The translations under genes and the position numbers were made by a program. From contig OZ038378.1 of the NCBI GenBank assembly GCA_964036045.1, positions 146,506,001 to 146,570,000 on the forward strand: a DNA stretch of 64,000 bases. Reading direction: 5' to 3'. The notes beneath the pieces are model-generated. The model saw only the letters and a program-made list of their open reading frames with translations. It had not been told where the DNA came from and did not search any database. Positions within the stretch are counted from its first letter, which is position 1, and each line of letters opens with the position of its first letter. This document shows, one piece after another, positions 24,363-36,688 of the stretch. Source of the stretch: Eutreptiella sp. 'Long Island Sound 2002' (Eukaryota; Protista; Euglenida).

Positions 24363-24729
24363 CCCCCCCCCCCCCTTTGTATAAGCTACGCAAAAGTCCC
24401 AAATTAACACGGTCCCTACGCCTACTGTAGCTTGGACAAGGGCGTAGACGCCCGGGTTCACAAAGAGAAGATTGCCTGGTGAGCTGGTGCGAGAAAGGGG
24501 AATAGAATGCACAAATATCCCCAAAATAAGAGCTCTGTGGGTTCAATTGGGCAAACACTCACAGCAAATGTGTCCATGACCCTACGTGACTGGCAAATTT
24601 GTCACCAACCCCATGTCTCATGTGGCCACACTACATTTGTACTGAATCAAATTAGGTACCAAATTACTACGGTCCCCACGCCTACTGTAGCTTGGACAAG
24701 GGCGTAGCTTATACAAAGGGGGGGGGGGG
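24363..24729. mobile_element. MITE with poly-C/poly-G TIRs, copy 2
   Basis: TA on both flanks (24361-62 and 24730-31). Same TIRs and interior as 11135-11499. Confidence 0.85.
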
Positions 24730-25804
24730 TATGATGAACGGGGTTTGGGCAGGGTCTCGGGGGCGGTTGTGGTGCTCTTGGCCAAGGGCTTTGGGGTTGG
24801 TTTCGATGGAGGGCATGGTCGGATGAATGCGCACCACAACCCTTGAGTGCCTCCTTGAACATCCTTCATCTGGGCTCAAAGGGGTTATCACTGGATGACG
24901 CAGACCGCCTTTGAGGATGATGAACCGAGCTATTGAGTGACACCATCCAAGAACCACTGAGTTGCCTTGAAAAATGCATTAGAGCTCATAGTGTTGTGGG
25001 AAAACAGCATTTCGGGTGAAGAAACCAAAAAAAACGGCCTTTTTTGTTTTATAAAAAAAAACCTAACCTCATCTAACCACTGTTTTTGGTGTCGGGGTGT
25101 CGCCGGTGTCCGGGACACCCGTTTCGCTCATCCCTTGTGATGCACTGCAAAGGACGTCCGTGAACACCCGTTTGACGGGATACAGTGGCCCTGGTGACGC
25201 TGATACCGACCGGCGAAAGGGACTGACAACGGCAACCAGCAGGAGCAGGCAAAGCAAACTGGATGAACAGGGCACAAGAACAGGCACACACGGCCCATGC
25301 AAGCAAGCCACACCCCACGGGATCACCGCCTCGACGGGTCTATACATGGCCCTTCCGGGCTATTGTTGGGTCTGGTGGCAGTGGTGGGGTCAGCCGGCGG
25401 CCTAACGGAGCGGGCTGGGGGGGGGGGGGGGGCTGGGTTCAGCATAGGGGTGATGGATGGCGGCCACCGAACTGGCTGTGTGATCCGCCAAGAAAAAAGT
25501 AAAAGGAATTCAAAGAACATTGCTTGGCAACACACTCTTCTGTTTTCCTTTTGCTCCAGGACTGCCATCAGGGGATGTGGACAGTGTTCCACAAAGGAGA
25601 GCCACACATCTTGGAGCACCGTCCTGTAGATGTCATGGTTGGGCTCCCTGTGTGTAGGACCTTGCCCCAACCGGGAATCGAACCTGGTACCCAAGGCGGC
25701 GCACAGACCACCTCAATCACCAAACCTGGTAGCTCAAGGCGGGAATGTGACCGGTGCCGTAATGAAAAAAAAAAAAACTCGGAGTGTCCAATACGCCCTA
25801 CAAT

Positions 25805-25903
25805 GGCGGTTGGTGGGTAACCGATGCGGTTGGTGGGTAACCGATGGCGGTTGGTGGGTACCCGATGGCGGTTGGTGGGTAACCGATGGCGGTTGGTGGG
25901 TAG
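25805..25903. repeat. About 5 x 21-bp tandem GGCGGTTGGTGGGTAACCGAT
   Basis: Directly visible. Related units occur at ~14160-14215 and ~59445-59500. Confidence 0.85.
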
Positions 25904-26523
25904 CCACCAAACATCAGAGAGTGGATGTGATAGTAAAAAAAAAGGGGTGAGCGTCCTTATGGCACCCCCTGATGTGACCTATCGTTGACGCTTATTTCCA
26001 GAGAACATGCCTTCACCGCAACGATGGCTCAAGCCCTGATGCCAGCTGCACTATTCTGGGCCCAGAGGGCCTGGAGCAGAAGAGGGGGTGGGGTGGGGTG
26101 GGGCATTGGGTTGACCGAGCCGGGGATCCGTGACCCAACCCCAGGAGCAGGCGAAGGACCCAAAGAGTTGCTGCCTGAGCAATGGCGTTGCCTGTCGCAG
26201 TACAAAGAGGCGAGCGGAGACTGCTGCGAGCCGCACGCATCTGAAGACAGACTGACAGTCGGACAGACAAGTGGGCAGGCGGGCAGGCAGACGAAAAGAG
26301 AGGGTGGGCCTGAGTGGGGGGGGGGCAGCAAAGGAGGAAGGGGAGAAGGCAGGCAGCAGAGGGGGCAGGCAGGTCGGAAGTGGGGACGAGAGGCAGAGCG
26401 AGAGTAAAAGATGAGAGTTGGGGAACAAGACGGAGGGGGGAGGGGCATCAAGGTGCGAGAGGAGAGAGAGGGGGGGGAGGGAGATACGCACAGACATACA
26501 TCTGGACAAATACACACACAAAC

Positions 26524-27410
<887 letters not shown>

Positions 27411-27411
<1 letters not shown>

Positions 27412-30400
27412 TGGTACCATCCTGGGCGCTCCTAGGGTCTCAGTCCGCGTTCAGGCTGAGATCGGGAGTGCTGTTACAGGGTGGAGTACCGTCAGGCCAT
27501 CCCCGGGTAGCACGGGAGATGGTGGGGCAACCCCTGGCTTCCCTTGTTGCGGGGGTGACCGGTTTATGGGGTGTGTGTCTTAAGTCCCTGGGTGCTACAT
27601 TGGGTACTGGTTTCCAGGCTGTTTGGGTGTTGGTGGGGTGGAGCACGGCCAAGGGCCTGGTTCGTTAAGCACAGCACTTTGGCTGAAGCGGTTCACTGAT
27701 CTGGTGCTGCATGCCTGCCACTCCTTGTGATTTGTTGTCAGGCAACAATGGGGTTCGTGGGGAGTGATCATTCGCGCTATGGTGCAGTTTTAACACATGC
27801 AGCAGTGGGACTTCGAAGGAAGATATGGGGCAACGAGGGTTAGAAAGTCCTCATGGAGGAGATCGAGTTTGGCGTCTTGCTATTTTGCTGCAGTCTGTTT
27901 TCTCGGCTCGCGCCGGTTACAGTCAGCAGAACTTCGACTTGTGCCAGGTGTGTGCAGTGTGGTGTCAAAGGGAGTGGGCAGAATACGGAGGGGACAAGAG
28001 TGAGTGGCACGAGTTCAGAACATTCGCTCCAGCAGGGAGATAAAGGGCCTAGCCGTGACTCAGGTTCGGGGGTCCTCCGGCTTCAGGGCTCAATCCGCGA
28101 CCCCACTCGGTGGGAGTCCTCCGGAGACCACCGGTACACAGGGCGGCTGCGACTCATAATCAGTGGTCCTCCAGCCAGCGTCCGGTGATCTGGTGGTTCA
28201 GAACGGGCTGCGACTTCCCGAGGGAGGTCCTCCAGCCAGTGGCAGGAAGGCACACAGGACGCGAAGGCACACAGGACGCGGCATCTGGACGCCGGATCCC
28301 TTGAACCTTGGGCGACCCCCCCCCTGGTGCCCAAAACAAACACAACGGTCAATCTTTGGCCGAACCAGGGGGGTTAGCTCAGGGGGACGGGGTGATGGTT
28401 CTGCCACTGCCCTCAAGCCAGCGTCGGGTGATCTGGTGGTTCAGGACGGGCTGCGACTTCCCGAGGGAGGTCCTCCAGCCAGTGGCAGGAGGGCACACAG
28501 GAATTCTGAGCCGCGGCATTGTAACTGTGCCCTCCGGCTAGAATTACAGCGTGACCGCGACCCTCTCAGTAGGGTGTCCTCTGGCAGTCGGAAGTCATAA
28601 CGGGACGTGACACTCTTCTCTGCGCTTATCTCAGGATGTCTATCGGCAAGGACGCGTGGAAGAAGCTACAGGCATCAGCAAAGCGGGACAGCCTCAATGG
28701 GTACGACCTGTGGCCGATCGACTCAGTGGCCCGTGGCAAAGACAAGGAGCTCCTGATCACCGGGGTGCACAGGCCATCTGGCGAGAACGTGCTGTCTGTG
28801 CCGATACGGGAAAACCTGATCCATACTCTGGCGTTCTTCTGGTTTTTTATTTCTGGCAACGCCTCCGACACTCAGCGGGCCTGGGTGCAAGATGCAGAGC
28901 CTGATCGATCGGTGTGGAGCATTTACACGCTGCTGCGAGATCTTCAAGCTCAGCTGGACACCATCACCACGGTTGAGGCGGCTGGGAAGTGGCAGGCCAA
29001 CATCATAGAGGAATGCGATTGTCCGGGACTTCGAGGGCAATTGGCGGCTCTACCGTTGGAGGATTTCCTGACGACTTTGGACGCAACGAATCTGAAGGTG
29101 AGCCCACAAACCGACGTAGTACGACTTTGGTACTGACTTTGGTACTTTGGTACAAAGTACTGATGGGGTCAAAGATCGACAGGACCTACTCATCATTGTT
29201 TGAGTATACTAAGGATGGTCAGGGTCTGTTGTCCGTGCTCACGAAATTCTGGAGCAAGAAGACGGCTCTGGAACAGGCGGATATTGAGGACGATTTGATC
29301 TCATGGATAGGAGTGATCAGAGAGGAGTTTGGGGAGAGTGACGCTACCAAGAGCAAGCAAGACACCCTGAGCCGCATGCGATGAAGGCCTGGGCGGTCAG
29401 ATGTGCGGCTGATGGAAAGGATTTGGACTGGTCGAGCTTCATCATGAGTGGATCTATGGAGTTAAATTCTCACGACGACGACGAGCATAGTGAGCTTATG
29501 TCCGTGCTCTTGACTCGGGGGTTGACAAGGCCGTAGTGGGGTCGGAGGCTCAGGAGCAGACGACCAGGAAGATGTTCATCATGGCTGTCACGAAGTGTAA
29601 AACCAACGAAAGGAGGGCAGAGCTAGCAGAGGGTTCGAGAAAGTGGCTGGCCACGTCTCCGAGAGCAAAAAGGCGGCAGAGTCGTTCCTCAAGGCAAGAG
29701 TAGGACAGTATGGGGCAGTGGAGCTGCCCACAGGGAGAGTGCGGGTAGCCCAGCAGGATGGCAGGACAGTCATCAGGGTGGCCTGGATGACCTCGACGGA
29801 GGCATCGTTGACTGATGTGCGGGTATTTATAGAGAAGGTATTCGGTCAGGCAATGGCACTGAACGAAAAGCCTGAGCGACATGGTTGGGGACTACTCAGA
29901 GTACCCCAGTCCCAGTTGGACAAACTACTGGGAGAGGACCCTCAGCGCTCGTTTGTTTCTGATGACCAGAAGGTGGAGCTGGACGTTAGGTCCAGGAACT
30001 CAGCCAAGGGGAAGTATTTCATGGACGCGAATCACTGGGCAGCAATGGCCCTGAGCGAGTAAGTGGTGCGTCGCCGACCGATTCCAGAGCCGGAGATCCA
30101 GGATGACGTCAAGCGAAGAAGAGTGACTGATGGAGCGGGATCCTATCAAAGAGGAACTGGGCGCTGACGCCAGCACTTAAAGGTCGTCTGAGTCAGTTGC
30201 AGCATTAACGAATCGCAGGGTCGGCCCAGGAACAGTGCTCATCAGCGCAGTTTCGCGGCTTCAGGCGATCCACTTCATTATATTTTATTTTCCTATTTTT
30301 ATTTTTCAAGTACACTCAAGAGAGGCAGATCAACATGCACGGTCCGAGTGTTAGAGCACGAGAGTGCAGGCCACACAAAGAAGGCCGCAGACACCCAGTA

Positions 30401-30858
30401 TTTATTTTCTTTAACATTATTTATTTCAGCGGCTTAAGCACAGCGACAGCGGACACCCACCAGCTCAGACGAGCCACTCAGGAGACTCAATGAGTGGCGC
30501 ATTTGGCGGGCGTTTTGGTAGAGTCGCACTGTGCCAGGGCTTGCTCAGGGTGACAGAGGGTGGAGAGAGGGCAATGGAGAGGACTCAGCAAGGTTCATTG
30601 AGACTTCGGGTTGAGGTGGCGGAAGAACAATCAACAATAACAAAGAATTAAATTCTCAACAGAAATCGAGAGCGGGGCACAGGACCACTCAAGGGGCGAA
30701 TGGAGCCAGCACACTTTCTGGGGAGCTAATTTTTTTTTTTAGGAAAAACAGATACGCAATTAAGCACTAAAGGGGACCAATACAGAAGCCCATGCAGCGG
30801 GACTGGGGGTGAGAGCAGGAGCCACTGTAGTCTCGAAAGCAACAGCATCAGGAGCCAG
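27411..30858 (+). mobile_element. Internally deleted LINE copy A1 (5'UTR, broken ORF1, most of the 3' end)
   Basis: Collinear with 33371-36496 and then 41916-42613. It has a 345-bp deletion in ORF1 and a 5.4-kb deletion removing almost all of ORF2, plus small frameshifts and stops. Confidence 0.92.
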
Positions 30859-31893
30859 CAGAGAGATAAAGGGCCTAGCCGTGACTCTGGTTCGGGGGTC
30901 CTCCGGCATCAGAGCTCAATCCGCGGACCCCACTCGGTGGGAGTCCTCCGGAGACCACCAGTACAATGAGCGGCTGCGACTCATAATCAGTGGTCCTCCA
31001 GCCAGCGTCGGGTGATCTGGTAGTTCAGGACGGGCTGCGACTCCCCAAGGAGGGTCCTCCAGCCAGTGGCAAGAATGCACACAGGAATTCTCAGCCGCGG
31101 CATTGTTACTGTGCCCTCCGGCTAAAATTAAAGCGTGACCGCGACCCCTCTCAGTAGGGTGTCCTCCGGCAAGGGGAACAGGGTTCCTGAACAGGTATGA
31201 TGCAGGAGCAGAGAGCCGGACCACGTGTTGTTGCGGTATCACAAGGAATCGTCGGCGGGACAGAATGGAGATCAAGCGAGCATTGGCAATGGAGCCGGAA
31301 AGGGACGGCATGGCCCATCCGGTTGGGGCAAAGGTCGTGGCACTGGCGCAGGAGCGGGTCGGGGCAAGTTTTGACTCCCGGCATGGGCTGCCGGCGACTT
31401 GCCTGGTGAGTGCGCCCCTCGTCGAAGTACTGCAGGTCATGGCAGGATATGGTGTGACTCGTAGGGACCTGGCAGGGGACATCTGGTGGGAAAAATTGTC
31501 TCAGGCGCAGAAGGAGGCATGGGCCACAGGGTATGCTGAAAGTAAAGGTCCCATGGCGTGCTGGGACTGTGGAGAGGTGCAAGAGGAGGACTTGGAACGA
31601 TTCCATTGCTTCATCTGCGGGCGGAACATCAGGAATGACATTTCAGCATTTTCAGCATTTCAGCACTAAAGGAGGACCAACACTGGAAGCCCGTGCATCG
31701 GTACTGGGGGTGTGAGCAGGAGCCACTGTAGTCTCGCAAGCAAAAGCATCAGGAGCCAGTGGGGGCTCCACCACCAGGACTTAAGGGGCACACCCTACGC
31801 AGCCCGGCGGGGCGACTAGGGTTTTCAATGACCTCCAGGGGCACACGTGGAGGCCTGCATAAGCAGCGGCCCAGCAAAGACAAGACAAGACAA
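30859..31893 (+). mobile_element. Deleted, more divergent LINE copy A2 fused to A1
   Basis: Mosaic matching 33971-34520 (one 5'UTR monomer), ~36486-36950 and ~42515-42752. Ends in (GACAA)3 followed by (GA)n. Confidence 0.88.
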
Positions 31894-31919
31894 GAGAGAG
31901 AGAGAGAGAGAGAGGGAGA

Positions 31920-31979
<60 letters not shown>

Positions 31980-31999
31980 GAGAGAGACTGAGAGGGAGG

Positions 32000-32040
<41 letters not shown>

Positions 32041-32088
32041 AGAGAGAGAGAGAGAGAGAGAGAGACTGAGAGAGAGAGAGAGAGAGAG

Positions 32089-32150
<62 letters not shown>

Positions 32151-32187
32151 TGAGAGAGAGAGAGAGAGACTAAGAGAGAGAGAGAGA

Positions 32188-32239
<52 letters not shown>

Positions 32240-32291
32240 GAGCGAGAGAGAGAGACTGAGAGAGAGAGAGAGAGACTGAGAGAGAGAGAGA

Positions 32292-32356
<65 letters not shown>

Positions 32357-32445
32357 TGAGAGAGAGAGACTGAGAGAGAGAGAGAGAGACTGAGAGAGAG
32401 AGAGAGAGAGAGAGGGAAGAGAGACTGAGAGAGAGAGAGAGAGAG

Positions 32446-32485
<40 letters not shown>

Positions 32486-32502
32486 AGAGAGAGAGAGAGA
32501 CT

Positions 32503-32536
<34 letters not shown>

Positions 32537-32582
32537 CTGAGAGAGAGAGAGAGAGAGACTGAGAGAGAGAGAGAGAGAGACT

Positions 32583-32616
<34 letters not shown>

Positions 32617-32662
32617 CTGAGAGAGAGAGAGAGAGAGAGACTGAGAGAGAGAGAGAGAGAGT

Positions 32663-32715
<53 letters not shown>

Positions 32716-32761
32716 TGAGAGAGAGAGACTGAGAGAGAGAGACTGAGAGAGAGAGAGAGAG

Positions 32762-32795
<34 letters not shown>

Positions 32796-32813
32796 AGAGA
32801 GAGAGAGAGAGAG

Positions 32814-32857
<44 letters not shown>

Positions 32858-32874
32858 AGAGAGAGAGAGAGACT

Positions 32875-32908
<34 letters not shown>

Positions 32909-32954
32909 CTGAGAGAGAGAGAGAGAGAGACTGAGAGAGAGAGAGAGAGAGACT

Positions 32955-32988
<34 letters not shown>

Positions 32989-33013
32989 CTGAGAGAGAGA
33001 GAGAGAGAGAGAC

Positions 33014-33099
<86 letters not shown>

Positions 33100-33100
33100 G

Positions 33101-33175
<75 letters not shown>

Positions 33176-33200
33176 AGAGAGAGAGAGAGAGAGTGAGAGC

Positions 33201-33279
<79 letters not shown>

Positions 33280-33301
33280 AGAGAGAGAGAGAGAGAGAAG
33301 A

Positions 33302-33338
<37 letters not shown>

Positions 33339-33370
33339 AGAAGAAGAAGAGAGAGAGAGAGAGAGAGAGA
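31894..33370. repeat. 1477-bp (GA)n tract between LINE copies
   Basis: GA run with recurring GACT interruptions. Confidence 0.97.
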
Positions 33371-34110
33371 CTGGTACTGGTGGCTCAGCCGCGGCGCTCG
33401 GGACTGCTGTTACAGGGTGGAGTACCGTCAGGCCATCCCCGAGTAGCACGGGAGATGGTGGGGCAACCCCTGGCTTCCCTTGTTGCGGGGGTGACCGGTT
33501 TATGGGGTGTGTGTCTTAAGTCCCTGGGTGCTACATTGGGTACTGGTTCCCAGGCTGTTTGGGTGTTGGTGGGGTGGAGCACGGCCACGGGCCTGGTTCG
33601 TTAAGCACAGCACTTTGGCTGAAGCGGTTCACTGATCTGGTGCTGCATGCCTGCCACTCCTTGTGATTTGTTGTCAGGCAACAATGGGGTTCGTGGGGAG
33701 TGATCATTTGCGCATGGTGCAGTTTTAACACATGCAGCAGTGGGGACTTTCCAGGAAGATGTGGGGCAACGAGGGTTAGAAAGTCCTCATGGAGGAGATC
33801 GATTTTGGCGTCCTGCTTTTTTTGCTGCAGTCTGTTTTTCTCGGCTCGTGCCGGTTACAGTCAGCAGAACTTCGACTTGTGCCAGGTGTGTGCAGTGTGG
33901 TGTCAAAGGGAGTGGGCAGAATACGGAGGGGACAGGAATGAGTGGCAGGAGTTCAGAACATTCGCTCCAGCAGGGAGATAAAGGGCCTAGCCGTGACTCA
34001 GGTTCGGGGTCCTCCGGCTTCAGGGCTCAATCCGCGACCCCACTCGGTGGGAGTCCTCCGGAGACCACCGGTACACAGGGCGGCTGCGACTCATAATCAG
34101 TGGTCCTCCA

Positions 34111-34444
34111 GCCAGCGTCGGGTGATCTGGTGGTTCAGGACGGGCTGCGACTTCCCGAGGGAGGTCCTCCAGCCAGTGGCAGGAAGGCACACAGGAATTC
34201 TGAGCTGGGACGCGGCATCTGGACGCCGGATCCCTTGAACCTTGGGCGACCCCCCCCTGGTGCCCAAAACAAACACAACGGTCAAACTTTGGCCGAACCA
34301 GGGGGGTTAGCTCAGGGGAACGGGGTGATGGTTCTGCCACTGCCCTTGAGCCAGCGTCGGGTGATCTGGTGGTTCAGGGCGGGCTGCGACTTCCCGAGGG
34401 AGGTCCTCCAGCCAGTGGCAGGAAGGCACACAGGAATTCTGAGC
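34111..34444 (+). repeat. Two 95-bp direct repeats in the LINE 5'UTR
   Basis: 34111-34205 and 34350-34444 differ by 1 nt. Also present in A1 (~28174 and ~28417). Confidence 0.92.
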
Positions 34445-34636
34445 CGCGGCATTGTAACTGTGCCCTCCGGCTAGAATTACAGCGTGACCGCGACCCCTCT
34501 CAGTAGGGTGTCCTCCGGCAGTCGGAAGTCATAACGGGACGTGACCTCAAGGGGTGGAACACCAGCCAGACGACTAGGTTCAGGTAATCGTGCGATCTGC
34601 CCTCTATTCAGCACTCTTCTCTGCGCTTATCTCAGG

Positions 34637-36688
34637 ATGTCTATCGGCAAGGACGCGTGGAAGAAGCTACAGGCATCAGCAAAGCGGGACAGCCTCAATG
34701 GGTACGACCTGTGGCCGATCGACTCAGTGGCCCGTGGCAAAGACAAGGAGCTCCTGATCACCGGGGTGCACAGGCCATCTGGCGAGAACGTGCTGTCTGT
34801 GCCGATACGGGAAAACCTGATCCATACTCTGGCGTTCTTCTGGTTTTTTATTTCTGGCAACGCCTCCGACACTCAGCGGGCCTGGGTGCAAGATGCAGAG
34901 CCTGATCGATCGGTGTGGAGCATTTACACGCTGCTGCGAGATCTTCAAGCTCAGCTGGACACCATCACCACGGTTGAGGCGGCTGGGAAGTGGCAGGCCA
35001 ACATCATAGAGGAATGCGATTGTCCGGGACTTCGAGGGCAATTGGCGGCTCTACCTTTGGAGGATTTCCTGACGACTTTGGACGCAACGAATCTGAAGGT
35101 GAGCCCACAAACCGACGTAGTACGACTTTGGTATGCGGCGTGCAGCTGCCTGGGGAAAGGGATCCAGAAGCCGGTCTTAATGAATTTGGCCTCCGATGCA
35201 ACTGGTGAGGTTGGAATGGGCAAGGTTCTGCGTCCGAGCCCTCTGACTCTAGTGGATATGGGTAATGCTCTGAAGACTTTGAGGGCCCGCATCAAGAACA
35301 CCACCAGACTGAAGGTGTCCGACACCATAAGAACCGAGGTGGTTCAGCCCTCGCGAAACTGGAAGGCCCTAATGAAGGAGCCCGGTGTGATTCACGGTGA
35401 GAAGACCACTTTGCAGCAGTTCGATGCGGTGTTGTCCTTGACCTCTGAGCAAGCAGTGCGACGGGCAGTGAATGGACTCAAAGTACTGATGGGGTCAAAG
35501 ATCGACAGGACCTACTCATCATTGTTTGAGTATACTAAGGATGGTCAGGGTCTGTTGTCCGTGCTCACGAAATTCTGGAGCAAGAAGACGGCTCTGGAAC
35601 AGGCGGATATTGAGGACGATTTGATCTCATGGATAGGAGTGATCAGAGAGGAGTTTGGGGAGAGTGACGCTACCAAGAGCAAGCAAGACACCCTGAGCCG
35701 CATAGGAGAAGCGATGAAGGCCTGGGCGGTCAGATGTGCGGCTGATGGAAAGGATTTGGACTGGTCGAGCTTCATCATGAGTGGATCTATGGAGTTAAAT
35801 TCTCACGACGACGACGAGCATAGTGAGCTTATGTCCGTGCTCTTGAGCTCGGGGGTTGACAAGGCCGTAGTGGGGTCGGAGGCTCAGGAGCAGACGACGA
35901 GGAAGATGTTCATCATGGCTGTCACGAAGTGTAAAACCAACGAAAGGAGGGCAGAGCTAGCAGAGGGGTTCGAGAAAGTGGCTGGCCACGTCTCCGAGAG
36001 CAAAAAGGCGGCAGAGTCGTTCCTCAAGGCAAGAGTAGGACAGTATGGGGCAGTGGAGCTGCCCACCGGGAGAGTGCGGGTAGCCCAGCAGGATGGCAGG
36101 ACAGTCATCAGGGTGGCCTGGATGACCTCGACGGAGGCATCGTTGACTGATGTGCGGGTATTTATAGAGAAGGTATTCGGTCAGGCAATGGCACTGAACG
36201 AAAAGCATGAGCGACATGGTTGGGGACTACTGAGAGTACCCCAGTCCCAGTTGGACAAACTACTGGGAGAGGACCCTCAGCGCTCGTTTGTTTCTGATGA
36301 CCAGAAGGTGGAGCTGGACGTTAGGTCCAGGAACTCAGCCAAGGGGAAGTATTTCATGGACGCAAATCACTGGGCAGCAATGGCCCTGAGCGAGGAAGTG
36401 GTGCGTCGCCGACCGATTCCAGAGCCGGAGATCCAGGATGACGTCAAGCGAAGAAGAGTGACTGATGGAGCGGGATCCTATCAAAGAGGAACTGGGTTCC
36501 TGAACAGGTATGACGACAGGAGCAGAGAGCCGGACCACGTGTTGCTGCGGTATCACAAGGAATCGTCGGCGAGACACAATAGAGATCAAGCGAGCTTTGG
36601 CAAAGGAGTCGAAAAAGGAAGGGAAGGCCCATCCGGTTGGGGCAAAGGTCGTGGCACTGGCGCAGGAGCGGGTCGGGGCAAGTTTTGA
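34637..36688 (+). CDS. LINE ORF1 (683 aa), RRM-like region and basic/RG-rich tail
   Basis: The ATG is shared with A1 (28636). TVIRVAW...DVRVFIEKVFG...GWGLLRVPQSQLDKLL fits an RRM pattern, followed by KRRR and GKGRG...GRGK. Confidence 0.85.
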   Translation: MSIGKDAWKKLQASAKRDSLNGYDLWPIDSVARGKDKELLITGVHRPSGENVLSVPIRENLIHTLAFFWFFISGNASDTQRAWVQDAEPDRSVWSIYTLLRDLQAQLDTITTVEAAGKWQANIIEECDCPGLRGQLAALPLEDFLTTLDATNLKVSPQTDVVRLWYAACSCLGKGIQKPVLMNLASDATGEVGMGKVLRPSPLTLVDMGNALKTLRARIKNTTRLKVSDTIRTEVVQPSRNWKALMKEPGVIHGEKTTLQQFDAVLSLTSEQAVRRAVNGLKVLMGSKIDRTYSSLFEYTKDGQGLLSVLTKFWSKKTALEQADIEDDLISWIGVIREEFGESDATKSKQDTLSRIGEAMKAWAVRCAADGKDLDWSSFIMSGSMELNSHDDDEHSELMSVLLSSGVDKAVVGSEAQEQTTRKMFIMAVTKCKTNERRAELAEGFEKVAGHVSESKKAAESFLKARVGQYGAVELPTGRVRVAQQDGRTVIRVAWMTSTEASLTDVRVFIEKVFGQAMALNEKHERHGWGLLRVPQSQLDKLLGEDPQRSFVSDDQKVELDVRSRNSAKGKYFMDANHWAAMALSEEVVRRRPIPEPEIQDDVKRRRVTDGAGSYQRGTGFLNRYDDRSREPDHVLLRYHKESSARHNRDQASFGKGVEKGREGPSGWGKGRGTGAGAGRGKF

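Noticed and set aside
33371-33480. HDV-like ribozyme or 2A peptide as in L1Tc/ingi
   Set aside because: Hairpins are present (GGTAC/GTACC, CCATC/GATGG), but I could not build the nested double pseudoknot, and no DxExNPGP motif was seen. An RNA motif search is needed.
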